58,284 nt of DNA from assembly GCF_001194135.2 (NCBI RefSeq), contig NC_068983.1:150007210-150065493 (forward strand). Reading direction: 5' to 3'. Shown one piece after another: positions 39,461-49,947 of this stretch (its first letter is position 1; each line of letters starts with the position of its first letter). The translations under genes were made by a program, and so were the position numbers. The notes below the pieces were generated by a model. It was not told the DNA's origin. It worked only from the letters and a program-made list of their open reading frames with translations, and did not search any database. Origin of the DNA: Octopus bimaculoides. Taxonomy: Eukaryota.

Positions 39461-41210
39461 CAATATACATATAGAGAATTACAGTTTACGCTTGGATGGT
39501 GGCAGAGGTGTAATCTAGGGCTAGATAAATGGGTGAAAAGTGGTTTAAAAAAAAAAAAGACTGCTTTTGTTTGGAGTGAAAGTGCAGACTTTCAATAGCC
39601 TGAGCTCACTGAGAATTAAGTAACAATGGAAAGTGGACATGTTTTGAGAACAAATAGCACATTTCACTGGATTCATAAAGAAAATCCACATCTTTACTAG
39701 ACATTAAGGTTAAAGATGATGTGAGGATGGTGTGTCAGTTGTGAGTAGAGTGAGAGGAAGAAAATATAAAGCAAATGTGTGAGTCAGGTTTATAATATCA
39801 GAGATGGTAAAGGAGAATTCCAAACATGGGCAAAGAAATGTCAATGAAAGAAATGAAAGCACTAAGCTCATTGCCACAGAATGCCAATGTAATGGCTGTA
39901 CAATTCTGGAGTAGGTCCAATGAAATAAGTAAAAGATTTGAGCCTCAAGATAGCTTATAGAAGCTGGTGTGACAAGGACCCATCTCTGTATCCTGATCAT
40001 ATTGGTAATTTGTAGATGGAACTCACTGAAGAAGAAATAGTTGAAGGTAAGGGTAAGATAAGATAGAGAAGGATCGCAGTGCTAAGAGCTAGTAATGAAA
40101 TGTTGACAATATACAAGGTTTTAATATCTACAGCTAATAGGAATTGTGAGGAGGAAAGAAAAGGAACTGAAAAGGCTAAAGGTCAGGATACTTGATATGT
40201 GAAGTAGCGTAGTAACATGTAGGGATATGAGTTTATCAATGTAGCTTGCAAAGTAAGTTCAGTGAAACACCTATCAATAGAGACAAATGGATGTCCAGGA
40301 TTGTTGGATTTGTACAGCTTAAGAAGAAAATAGTGGAAGGGGGTGGGGTGATGACTTAGCAGTGGTAGGAGGCAGTGCAGAAAAAGATGAATTCTTTATA
40401 GTATGGAATAAGAGTTTTTAGTCCTTGAGTGTGTGATCCTTGGGTAGCTAATAGTAGAAAGCTTTATTTCACTTACTTCACCAGAATAATTAGCAATAAT
40501 ATATTGTGAAAACATTTAATATCCTTTCTTCAGTGGAGATGGCTGTGATTAAGAAGTTTGCTTCACATCCATTATTTTGGGTTTGATTCCACTGTATGAT
40601 ATCTTAGGCAAGTGTCTTGTATTATTGCCTTAACCAGACAAGTGCTTGCCAATGAAATTTGGTAAATGTAAACTAGAGAAAAGAAGTTTGTCACATGTGT
40701 ATGTGTGTCTTCTAACTGATACAGCTTGAGCAACACTAACATTTATGTTCCCTAAACAATATATCCTGCAGCTCAAAAAAATCTACGGAATTAAGTACCT
40801 TACTTAAAAACAAGGGTTGATGACAGGAAGGGCATTTGCTATAAAAATATAGTCTTGATAAATGTCGTTCAACCCATGCCAGCATGAAAAAGGTAGATGT
40901 AAAAACAATGAGGAGGAGGAGTCAGAAATTTATTCCCTTCATTAACCATTTATAATATATAATTATTAACTAACTGATAAAACAGGAACATTTACATGAT
41001 AGCAAATCATTTTACAAGTCTGACAATAAAGTAAATAATGTATATACACAGTGGAGATAACGTCAATAAATCATAAATGAATTAATCTTGAAATGACCAA
41101 ACGCGGCGACGGTGGGCGTCATCGCGTCGGAGAAAACACGCGCCGCTCGCGACTGCGTCCCCCACTCGCTGCCCGGCATCGCCGTATGATGATCGAATGG
41201 GTGAAAATAA

Positions 41211-41590
41211 GGCGCAGGAATGGCTGTGTGGTAAGTCGCTTGCTTACCAACCACATGGTTCCGGGTTCATTCCCACTGCATGGTACCTCAGGCAAGTGTC
41301 TTCTACTATAGCCTCGGGCCGACCAAAGCCTTGTGAGTGGATTTGGTAGACGGAAACTGAAAGAAGCTCGTCGTATATATGTATATATATGTGTGTGTGT
41401 ATGTGNNNNNNNNNNNNNNNNNNNNNNNNNNNNNNNNNNNNNNNNNNNNNNNNNNNNNNNNNNGTTCGGCAAAGGAGACTGATAGAATAAGTACTAGGCT
41501 TCCAAAGAATAAGTCCTGGGGTCGATTTGCTCGACTAAAGACGGTGCTCCAGCATGGCCGCAGTCAAATGACTAAAACAAGTAAAAGAAT
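41211..41590 (+). mobile_element. Young SINE of the 36-423 family spanning an N gap
   Basis: ggcgcaggaatggctgtgtggtaag head and family tail. Confidence 0.9.
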
Positions 41591-43088
41591 AAACATCTTA
41601 AAAACCTAAGTTTGTTAAAAGAGAAATTTGTTTTATAAGAAATAACATCATATATCACAAGTATTACTCTTTAAAAAAAAATTTTTTTTAAACTACTTTC
41701 TTCTGTAACACGGGGTAAGAGATACAGTTCTTTCAACGCGTGAATAACTAGAGTTGGGAGTTAATTGAACAGATATAGTTCAAGGGTACAAATAAGGTTT
41801 CATTGAAACACAATAACAAAAAGAGCTACCAGATACTCTGATACTATTATGCAATTACTAAATTCTTGAAATAGATGTAGGTATAAGAACGTTATAATAT
41901 ACTAGAAACCCACAAATTATTTTCCTCATTAAGTCATGTGTTTTTCAAATATTACGAAGAAAAGTGTAGGTGGGGGGGAACATTTTAATTAACATTTACC
42001 GTACAACTCCTAACCAGTACAATGCTCAGCCTCGAACGTCATGGCAAATATATGTTCCATATGTACATACACACCAAGTGTAACAAGAAGAATTCATCAG
42101 TTTTTATTTAGTAGAAATAAATGACTATATTAATACTAGTGGACCTATTTAAAATATTTGGAGATCACCGTTAGTATCTATTAGCTTACAGTTACTTAGT
42201 TATTATCAGAACAAATTAGTACATGTGAAAGCTTTATAATAACTGAGTAAAACAAAAAGATAGCAACTAATGTTTTGCACAAAATACCTCATTATGACAG
42301 ATGTTTTATGGGGGGGGGGGGGCTAATATTTTCCAGGAATATTCTGAGATGCTTTAATGTCTGAGCAAAATAGTAAAGAGGTATATTTATGAAATAAAGA
42401 ATCGCTTGAATGAAAAAAGGCTACGACGTTAACGACTTTTGTTGCTTTTATATCAGGAAATTGAACTACAAATCTACAGGAACCAAACCCTTGTCTTAAT
42501 TATTAAAATTGCTATGTAAAAAATAAAAACAAAATTGGTTAAAATGTTAAATCTAATACTAGTAGTAAAGCAATTCCATGGTAGGAGTATTCTTAGAGAA
42601 TAAGTGAATAAATACACACTCACACTTCCATAAATAGTATGAGAGTGTTGACAAAGCCAGTCAAGGTCTATTATAAACCGACTGATCAATATATGAATGG
42701 CGTACAGTTCATTCTCATTTCATTATCAATGATTGCCATACAATGTGTCAGTGTGTACGTACAGTTTTACTTTATTTTTCTGTCACACACACATACTACT
42801 TTCCCTCAGATTATCTTATGGCCTAGTTGAGAAGATGCTCTAACCATGTGCTGGAGGTAATTTGTACTCTATGAATGGCTGGCAGCAATTCCTATATCTA
42901 ATTGTTGGCAATGAAGATCATGCATAGGTAGTTTTCTTTTTCTTTCTTTCTTTTTTCCCATCATTTGTATACAGGAGGACAGATTCTGATAGCTAGTAAC
43001 CAGTAGTTTACTTACACATTTGCAACACATCACATCTGCAGCAGCAGTGACAGTGAGTGGCAAAGGTGGTGATGGTAATGATGGTAGC

Positions 43089-43119
<31 letters not shown>

Positions 43120-44234
43120 ACAGTAGTAGCGACTAGTAGTAGGAATATTAGTTCGGCGATGAGTGAAAACATGTTTAGCATACTAGTTTACTTTAAATGA
43201 AATGTCAAAAATCCACATACAGACTGACAGAGCAAGTCAAAGAAGTATATTTCTATAATAGAAAAAGAAAAACTTAACTACAAATTAACACAGGAAAAAG
43301 AAGAAAAAATTCTATTTTAAAGGAAATTCAAGTGATGGGAACAGTAGAGACAAACTGACATGTACACACAGACACACACATACAAGCAAAAAAGAGAGAG
43401 AGAGAGAGAGAGAGAGCATTAGCATCACAACAATGGCAGATATTCCCACTCATATTTCATTACATAGTATTTTACTCACAGCTCAGTAAAAATGGTTAGT
43501 GATGTTAGCTACTTTTATGCTTAAGATATGCTATCTAAATTACATAAACACACGCACAAGCATTACTAGAAATATTTAAGGGCTACAACTTCCATATAAC
43601 CTCCTGTAGTCTATTGTAACCCAAAGATGTAATAGCTAGCAAAGCTAATGAACAATACTAATAGAGGACAGGAGTGCTTCATTCAGTTTCTTAGACAACT
43701 AGATTCATTTTTAATGTGACTCCTGCCCCTCTCTCTATCTCTCTCTCTCTCAGCAGTATTTATTCAATAGAGGACTACTTTCCCTAATATGGTAAACAAG
43801 ACTGCAGGCAAGTTATTGAAATAACTGCATTCAGTGTAAATCTAATACACAACAAAACTTAAGATAAAGCAATATATAGGATTATGAAAATTTACATCGT
43901 ATCTTTCTTTTGATAATTATCATCTTTATTAGAAATTCGACACAAGAACAAAATATAGGAATAAAAGAAAACCCCTACAAGTGCTTGTATGCGTGTGTGC
44001 ACATATGTATATGTGAAATCTAAACAAAAATAATGCTTATCAAAAATAGGTGAAAGTATGTCAAAAAATATAAGTTTCAGCCAGCGGAATAATAAAGAAA
44101 ATAGAATAGACTTATAAACTTCATTTATTCAGTGTAGGTTTAATGTGAGAAGGGGAAAGGAAAGGCAGAAAGGGAGTTGTCAATATCACATCTTTATAAA
44201 CAGAAGCCTTAAGTCAGGTGTAGAGTTTTAGGTT

Positions 44235-44273
<39 letters not shown>

Positions 44274-44647
44274 TTTAATTATAATTTAATTAATGGAAAT
44301 GCTGAGACAATGTGTGTAGATAAATTATATAGTTTGCAATGTATACATTCAATAAATATATTTAGCTTCACTGTGTAAATAGACCTGATGATTAAACTGT
44401 AGAATGGAGCGCAGAGCAGCTTGACTAGTTTCGGCATGCAAATGTACTGATACGAAAATAAGTGAAATTATTTGCCTTTTACTAATACCATTTTTCTTAG
44501 GTAGTTGTAAGCCTTCTCCTCCTACTACTCTCTCTTCTTCTCTCTTTCTATCTTTAAAACAAATGGGTTAGACACTCTTGATAAGCCGGTAAAATCAGGC
44601 AAAACTAGCCATGCTGTTCTGCATAGAGAGCACTGAGGTTTAACCAC

Positions 44648-44748
44648 NNNNNNNNNNNNNNNNNNNNNNNNNNNNNNNNNNNNNNNNNNNNNNNNNNNNN
44701 NNNNNNNNNNNNNNNNNNNNNNNNNNNNNNNNNNNNNNNNNNNNNNNN
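44648..44748. other. Assembly gap; other gaps at 8402-8442, 21802-21811, 31631-31675 and 41406-41463
   Basis: N runs. Confidence 1.
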
Positions 44749-44812
44749 ATTATAGCTAAACTAAGTGTATGTTTATTAAATGTATTTATAAACTTATTTA
44801 CTATACACACAC

Positions 44813-44850
<38 letters not shown>

Positions 44851-46419
44851 AGGAGGAATTGAAAACTAAACAAAAATAAACTAAGATATTGCCTTTCCTA
44901 CTTCCCTTTAATATCTATTTCCAAAAGTTTCGATGACATGCAATTTTTTTTTTTGTTTTTAGGGACACACACCCACACTTAAACCCCCACAAGAATTAGG
45001 TTACCTGGTTTGAAAATATTAATTCTAAACAGTCATATAAAATTGAATTTACACCTTGTTTACACCTTATGTTGTTAATTAAGCTTATCAACTCCAAAGT
45101 TTAGGTAAGAAACAAAGACTCACATTTCTCTTAGTTTAACACATGCACACACGCACACACAATCTTTTTACTTTGTTTTCAATTTTACATAAATATGGAA
45201 ATGGAAGAGCAGGAACAAAGTCCCACCCCAACAAAAAAGATTAACAACTTCTGTTAAAAAAGATAAAGAGTTGAAGATTAAGAAAGACAAGTACAAAGAT
45301 AACATACTGAATAAGAAAGAAGATAAAATATTAGAAACCATAAATATAAAGAAAGCATCCCAACAAAAATGAAATAAAGAGAGGAGATAAAGTTAGAGGA
45401 AGAAGGTTAAAAGATAAATAGATAGGTGTATAAATAAATTAGGAACACTACAGACTCCAATAGATGGTAAAGCACAAGTGAAATTTAGCAAAAAGAAACA
45501 TTCTTAAGTTTAATCTATTTTTAGGAAATCATTTCTTGAAGAGCAACAACTGCTACATAAGCTGCTGCTGTTAGCTTCATCACCAACTTGGCCAGCACTC
45601 CTCTAGCAGTTAATAGTTTGGATTGTTTAATATGCATTCATGTGATTTATTATGCTCAACTGGTTCTTGACAGCTAACAGATACTGGGCTGAAGAAGTTG
45701 TGGGCATTTTTGTAATTTTTCGAATAAAAAGACCCGATTCAAGAGAATCAGCCAATCTATTTTGCTCACTGACTTTATCAACAGATAGCCATCAAGGCAT
45801 TAAGTACTAAATGTTTACATTATATTAACTTATATTTTCTGCAATCATCCAGGAAATAATTGGAAGCAGTTGTAATAAAAATAAAAAAAAATTTAAGCAA
45901 AAGCTTAAAAAACCCCCCAAAGAAATGAAAGCAAAAAATATAAAAATAATCCAAGTTATATATAAGCAATCTTGTTTATAGAACTAGAAATTTGAAATGA
46001 TCCAAGGAAGATATTTATGAGATATAGAAACTAAAGCTAAATAAATAAACAAATAAATAAATAAAAAAAGCTTTCATTCCCTCTATATATCTCGCTAAGA
46101 AGGTTTAATAAAACTGAAACTTGCCTATTCTGTTCCCCACTTGACTTTAAAACCAGATCTGCTTCCTTATACTTTCTCTAATTTCTGAAAATTTCAGTCA
46201 TTTTTTTTATATTTTGAGATTTGTCCCTTGCTTAATGCACTAACATCTCCAAACACCTCAAAAGGGAGTCTTTCTCTAGTAATTTTGTGGATAAACTCAG
46301 TTGATCAAAAATTTTCAACTCAACATTTTACATAAAGTGAACCTTACTGTATCTGTATTTAGTATACAGAATGTCTCCTGATATATTTTCTGCCAGTTAT
46401 ATTGTTGTTATTCATGTTA

Positions 46420-46618
46420 GGTGTAAGAGGACAGCTGTGTGGTTTTGGGTTCAGCACTACTGTGCAGTACCATAGGCAAGTGTCTTCTATTACAGACCCA
46501 GTCAGACCAAAGTATGAATGAATTCAGGCAGAAACTGAAAGAAGCTTTTGTGTGTGTGTGTACATAGGCATACATACATGCATATTCATATATATGCATA
46601 CACACACACACACACACA

Positions 46619-46695
<77 letters not shown>

Positions 46696-46912
46696 TCTCT
46701 GAGTGGTTGGCGTTAGGAAGGGCATCCAGCTGTAGAAACTCTGCCAAATTAGATTGGAGCCTGGTGTTGCCATCCGGTTTCACCAGTCCTCAGTCAAATC
46801 GTCCAACCCATGCTAGCATGGAAAGCGGACGTTAAACGATGATGATGATGATGATATATACTCTTTTACCTGTTTCAGTCATTTTGACTGTGGCCATGCT
46901 GGAGCACCGCCT
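46420..46912. mobile_element. Composite: degenerate SINE head (+), long (TA)n, young RTE-related 3' end (+, 46690-46853), SINE tail (-)
   Basis: Family motifs recognisable in each block. Confidence 0.8.
46620..46690. repeat. (TA)n microsatellite; others include (GA)n 19066-19095, (GT)n 44240-44271 and 48979-49023, (CA)n 47127-47168, (TA)n 58256-58284
   Basis: Read directly. Confidence 0.97.
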
Positions 46913-47122
46913 TTAAAAGGATTTATTTTTCGTAATGAGATAAAAAAACCAAGGTTGTGTATAATATAGAACATTTATAAATATATTCATATGCTGATAT
47001 ATGACCTACGTTGGACCCCTTATTTGCATAACCACCAAACCTGGAGCTTAATTGTGGTCTATCCATAGCACTTACTCAGCATTACCTGAAACCCTTGGGT
47101 CTAATTGACACCACTACTGCTC

Positions 47123-47172
<50 letters not shown>

Positions 47173-47254
47173 ATTGTTATAGAGGACAACAAATGTTAAG
47201 ACAGGGCAGACATCTCAAGTCATATACATTATTATTATTGGGAAAAAATTCTAA

Positions 47255-47310
47255 GTCGTACAGCTGTTTCTGGGATATCCCAGAGTATGGGATATTCCGT
47301 CATCAGAGAT
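47255..47310 (-). ncRNA. Degenerate minimal hammerhead ribozyme motif, Penelope-like, sense to the host pre-mRNA
   Basis: Minus: TCT-CTGATGA-c-GGAATATCCC(ATACTCT)GGGATATCCC-a-GAAA-CAGCT-GTA-cgac; 10-bp stem II with one mismatch, palindromic ACAGCTGT stem III; stem I weak. Confidence 0.6.
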
Positions 47311-47573
47311 AAATAGGGAAAATATGAAAGGTATAGAGTAATTAAATGACGACATAAAGGACAGGAATAAAGGAATAGGGAGATAAAAAAAGAAGCATAA
47401 AAGTTCACAGTTCAACTTTCCGATCTTGTAGAATTAAGTCCATAACTGGCTCCATAACTGTCTCAGCTATAACTTTGGAGCCCTAGTAATCCATTACAGC
47501 ACTTACCTAGCATACCTAGTTGTTTAGATCACCTGTGAACTAAACCCCCATATTTTGTGTATATATACACATA

Positions 47574-47709
47574 CAAGAATTAAGGAATAGAGTAGATAAG
47601 ATCCAGGCTACATATGTTTCATAGTGAGCAGAACCTTGGAAGTGGTAAATAGAGAGGTGTATGAAATGCATGTAGCCCAGATATTATCTACTCCATTCCT
47701 TAACTCTTG
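47574..47709. mobile_element. 136-bp MITE-like hairpin flanked by TA
   Basis: 43-bp inverted arms (47571-47613 / 47670-47712) with 5 mismatches; TA on both sides. Confidence 0.65.
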
Positions 47710-47962
47710 TATTCTTATTCACCAACCACAATATATAAAAAGAACTTTTATCAATTTATTGTACTTTAACAAGAAAAGAAAACTCCACAACCTCCCGTTT
47801 CAATAAACCACTATTGTCCCCTAAAAGTTGCTTTTTATATTTACTATGGATCGCTTGAAGCTAATTTTCTTCCTACATCTTGATCCTTGGATATTATCTT
47901 TCTCTCTCACTATATATAATATGTATATATAATATATATACACATATAAAAATACACACACA

Positions 47963-48816
47963 CAGTGCTTGGGCAAAATTTGACAGTTTGCATAAAAGGA
48001 AAAGAAAATATCCCATCCAAAAATAAAAGTATTTTTAAAAAATCAAAAAATATCAACTACATTATGGCTGGGAGAAAACATTTTACTCTAAGTAGCAGCT
48101 CCCAGCTTCCACTAAGGCTTCTCAAGATAGTTCCAGAACCTGGCACATGTGTGCCTCACTGTGTCCCTGGGAAGGTCTTTGAACACAGATTTGGTATTGC
48201 TGGCAGAGTGGTCAGTGTCTTTCTCATCCATGCCTCCACACAGTAATCCATGGGATTACAATCAGGGATTGGGAGGCCAGAAATTGGGGCTGGTGAAGTC
48301 ATAGAAATTCACCAACAAACATTTCTGACTCTTTCTAGAGGTATGGCCAGGAACCAGATCTTGCTGCCACACATAACCTTCCTGCAGCAACTCTATCCAG
48401 GGTTTGATCAAAGTCTCCAGCAGCTTCACAAAGCCATCTGAATTGAGCCCAAGGCCCTCTGCATCAGATCTGAGATGAATTCTGATGTGCAGACACAGTC
48501 AGAATGTCTGCTGTGTCTTTTCTTGCTGGCCATGGCTTCATAGTCTCTATTGCAGTTGTCCGTGTCATGTCTTACAGCCTTTACACTGTTTACAGAGCAT
48601 TGAGCAGCTGTCATGATATCAGCATTTTGATACTGGGGGTGAATTACCATGATGCAGGTAACTATTTTCCAGCATTCAGATGGCTTCCAGTCCTGCATGT
48701 TGGATAATTTTTTCTCAACTACACCTTTCATCTTTGTGCTCACTAATGCCATTGACTGTTCAAGCTGTTCCTGATAAAAGGAGTAGTTAAATCTGTCAAA
48801 TTTAGCCCATAAATAT
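47963..48816 (-). mobile_element. Internally deleted Tc1/mariner-superfamily transposon
   Basis: TIR core gggc(a/t)aaatttgacag at both ends; minus remnants QNADIMTAAQCSVNSVKAVRH and YVWQQD..GHTSRKSQK..VNFYDFTSPNFWPPN. Confidence 0.85.
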
Positions 48817-48820
48817 ATAT

Positions 48821-48969
48821 AGGTGCAGGCATGGCTTGCTTCCCAACCACATGGTTCTGGTTTCAGTCCCACTGTGTGGCACCTAGTGCAAGTGTCTTCT
48901 ACAATAGCCTCGGGCTAACCAAAGCCTTGTGAGTGGATTTAGTAGATGGAAACTGAAAGAAGCCGGTCG

Positions 48970-49025
<56 letters not shown>

Positions 49026-49212
49026 TTTGTGTCTGTATCCCTCACCATCGCTTGATAACTGATGATATGTTTACATACCCAAAACCTAGCAGTTCAGCAC
49101 TGATAGAATAAGTACCAAGCTTACAAGGAATAAGTCCTAGGGTCAATTTCTTTGACTAAAAGGCAGTGCTCCAGCATGGCTGCAGTCAAACGACTGAAAC
49201 TAATAAAAGAAT
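48821..49212 (+). mobile_element. SINE of the 36-423 family with internal (GT)n
   Basis: Head and tail motifs; abuts the transposon TIR. Confidence 0.85.
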
Positions 49213-49746
49213 AAATGGTGTCTGCTCCAACTTCACAGGTGACTGTTGCTTCCCTGTCAATGGCATTTTTGACTTTCCATTCAAGACCTCTCAGATGACC
49301 ATTTAGTCCTGTTGCAGATCTGAATGGTTTGAAGCATAGGTGTCAGGTGAAAATTCTAACTCACTGTGTGCTTCCAATGGAGTAAGTTAGCACACATTGA
49401 TACTCTTCCATTGCCACAGGACTTTCAGTAGATGGAATGACAACTGAGGTCACCATAAAGAGACACAGGCATATCATTAAATTGTAATGATAAATGCTTG
49501 CACACCATGAGTCTCCATGATTAATATCTAGTGACAGGCTGAAGGAAGGTGACCAGTAATCATGTGAAACCACAGGTCTCTCTCCTAGAAAGATGCAGTA
49601 ACAACAGCTAGGGGCCCATCACTCCCAGTGTTTTTACAGTATGCCTTGACCCCAACTAAAAGTATTTCTGCATCCCATATACTCCGAGTGTCATTACATA
49701 TACTAGTTAACCTATAGCTGGGACCCTGACAGGTGCCTACTACTCT

Positions 49747-49947
49747 GGGTCAGTGTAGACTTGGGAACAACAGTGGGTAAGAGGTGGTTCTACACTCCTC
49801 AAAATCCCGGAACCCCTGAACCACAGTTCTATTACCAGATGCAGTTTAAAGTCATCTGGTAATAGAACTGTGGTTCAGGGGTTCCGGGATTTTGAGGAGT
49901 GTAGAACCACCTCTTACCCACTGTTGTTCCCAAGTCTATGCTGACCC
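49747..49947. repeat. 95-bp near-perfect inverted repeat with 11-nt loop
   Basis: 49756-49841 is the exact reverse complement of 49853-49938; extends 9 more bp with 2 mismatches. Confidence 0.97.

Noticed and set aside
45630-45790. Minus frames containing SVDKV and LFEKLQKC, loosely like B56 N-terminal motifs
   Set aside because: Different frames, flanks do not match, and the location lies inside the gene rather than at its 5' end.
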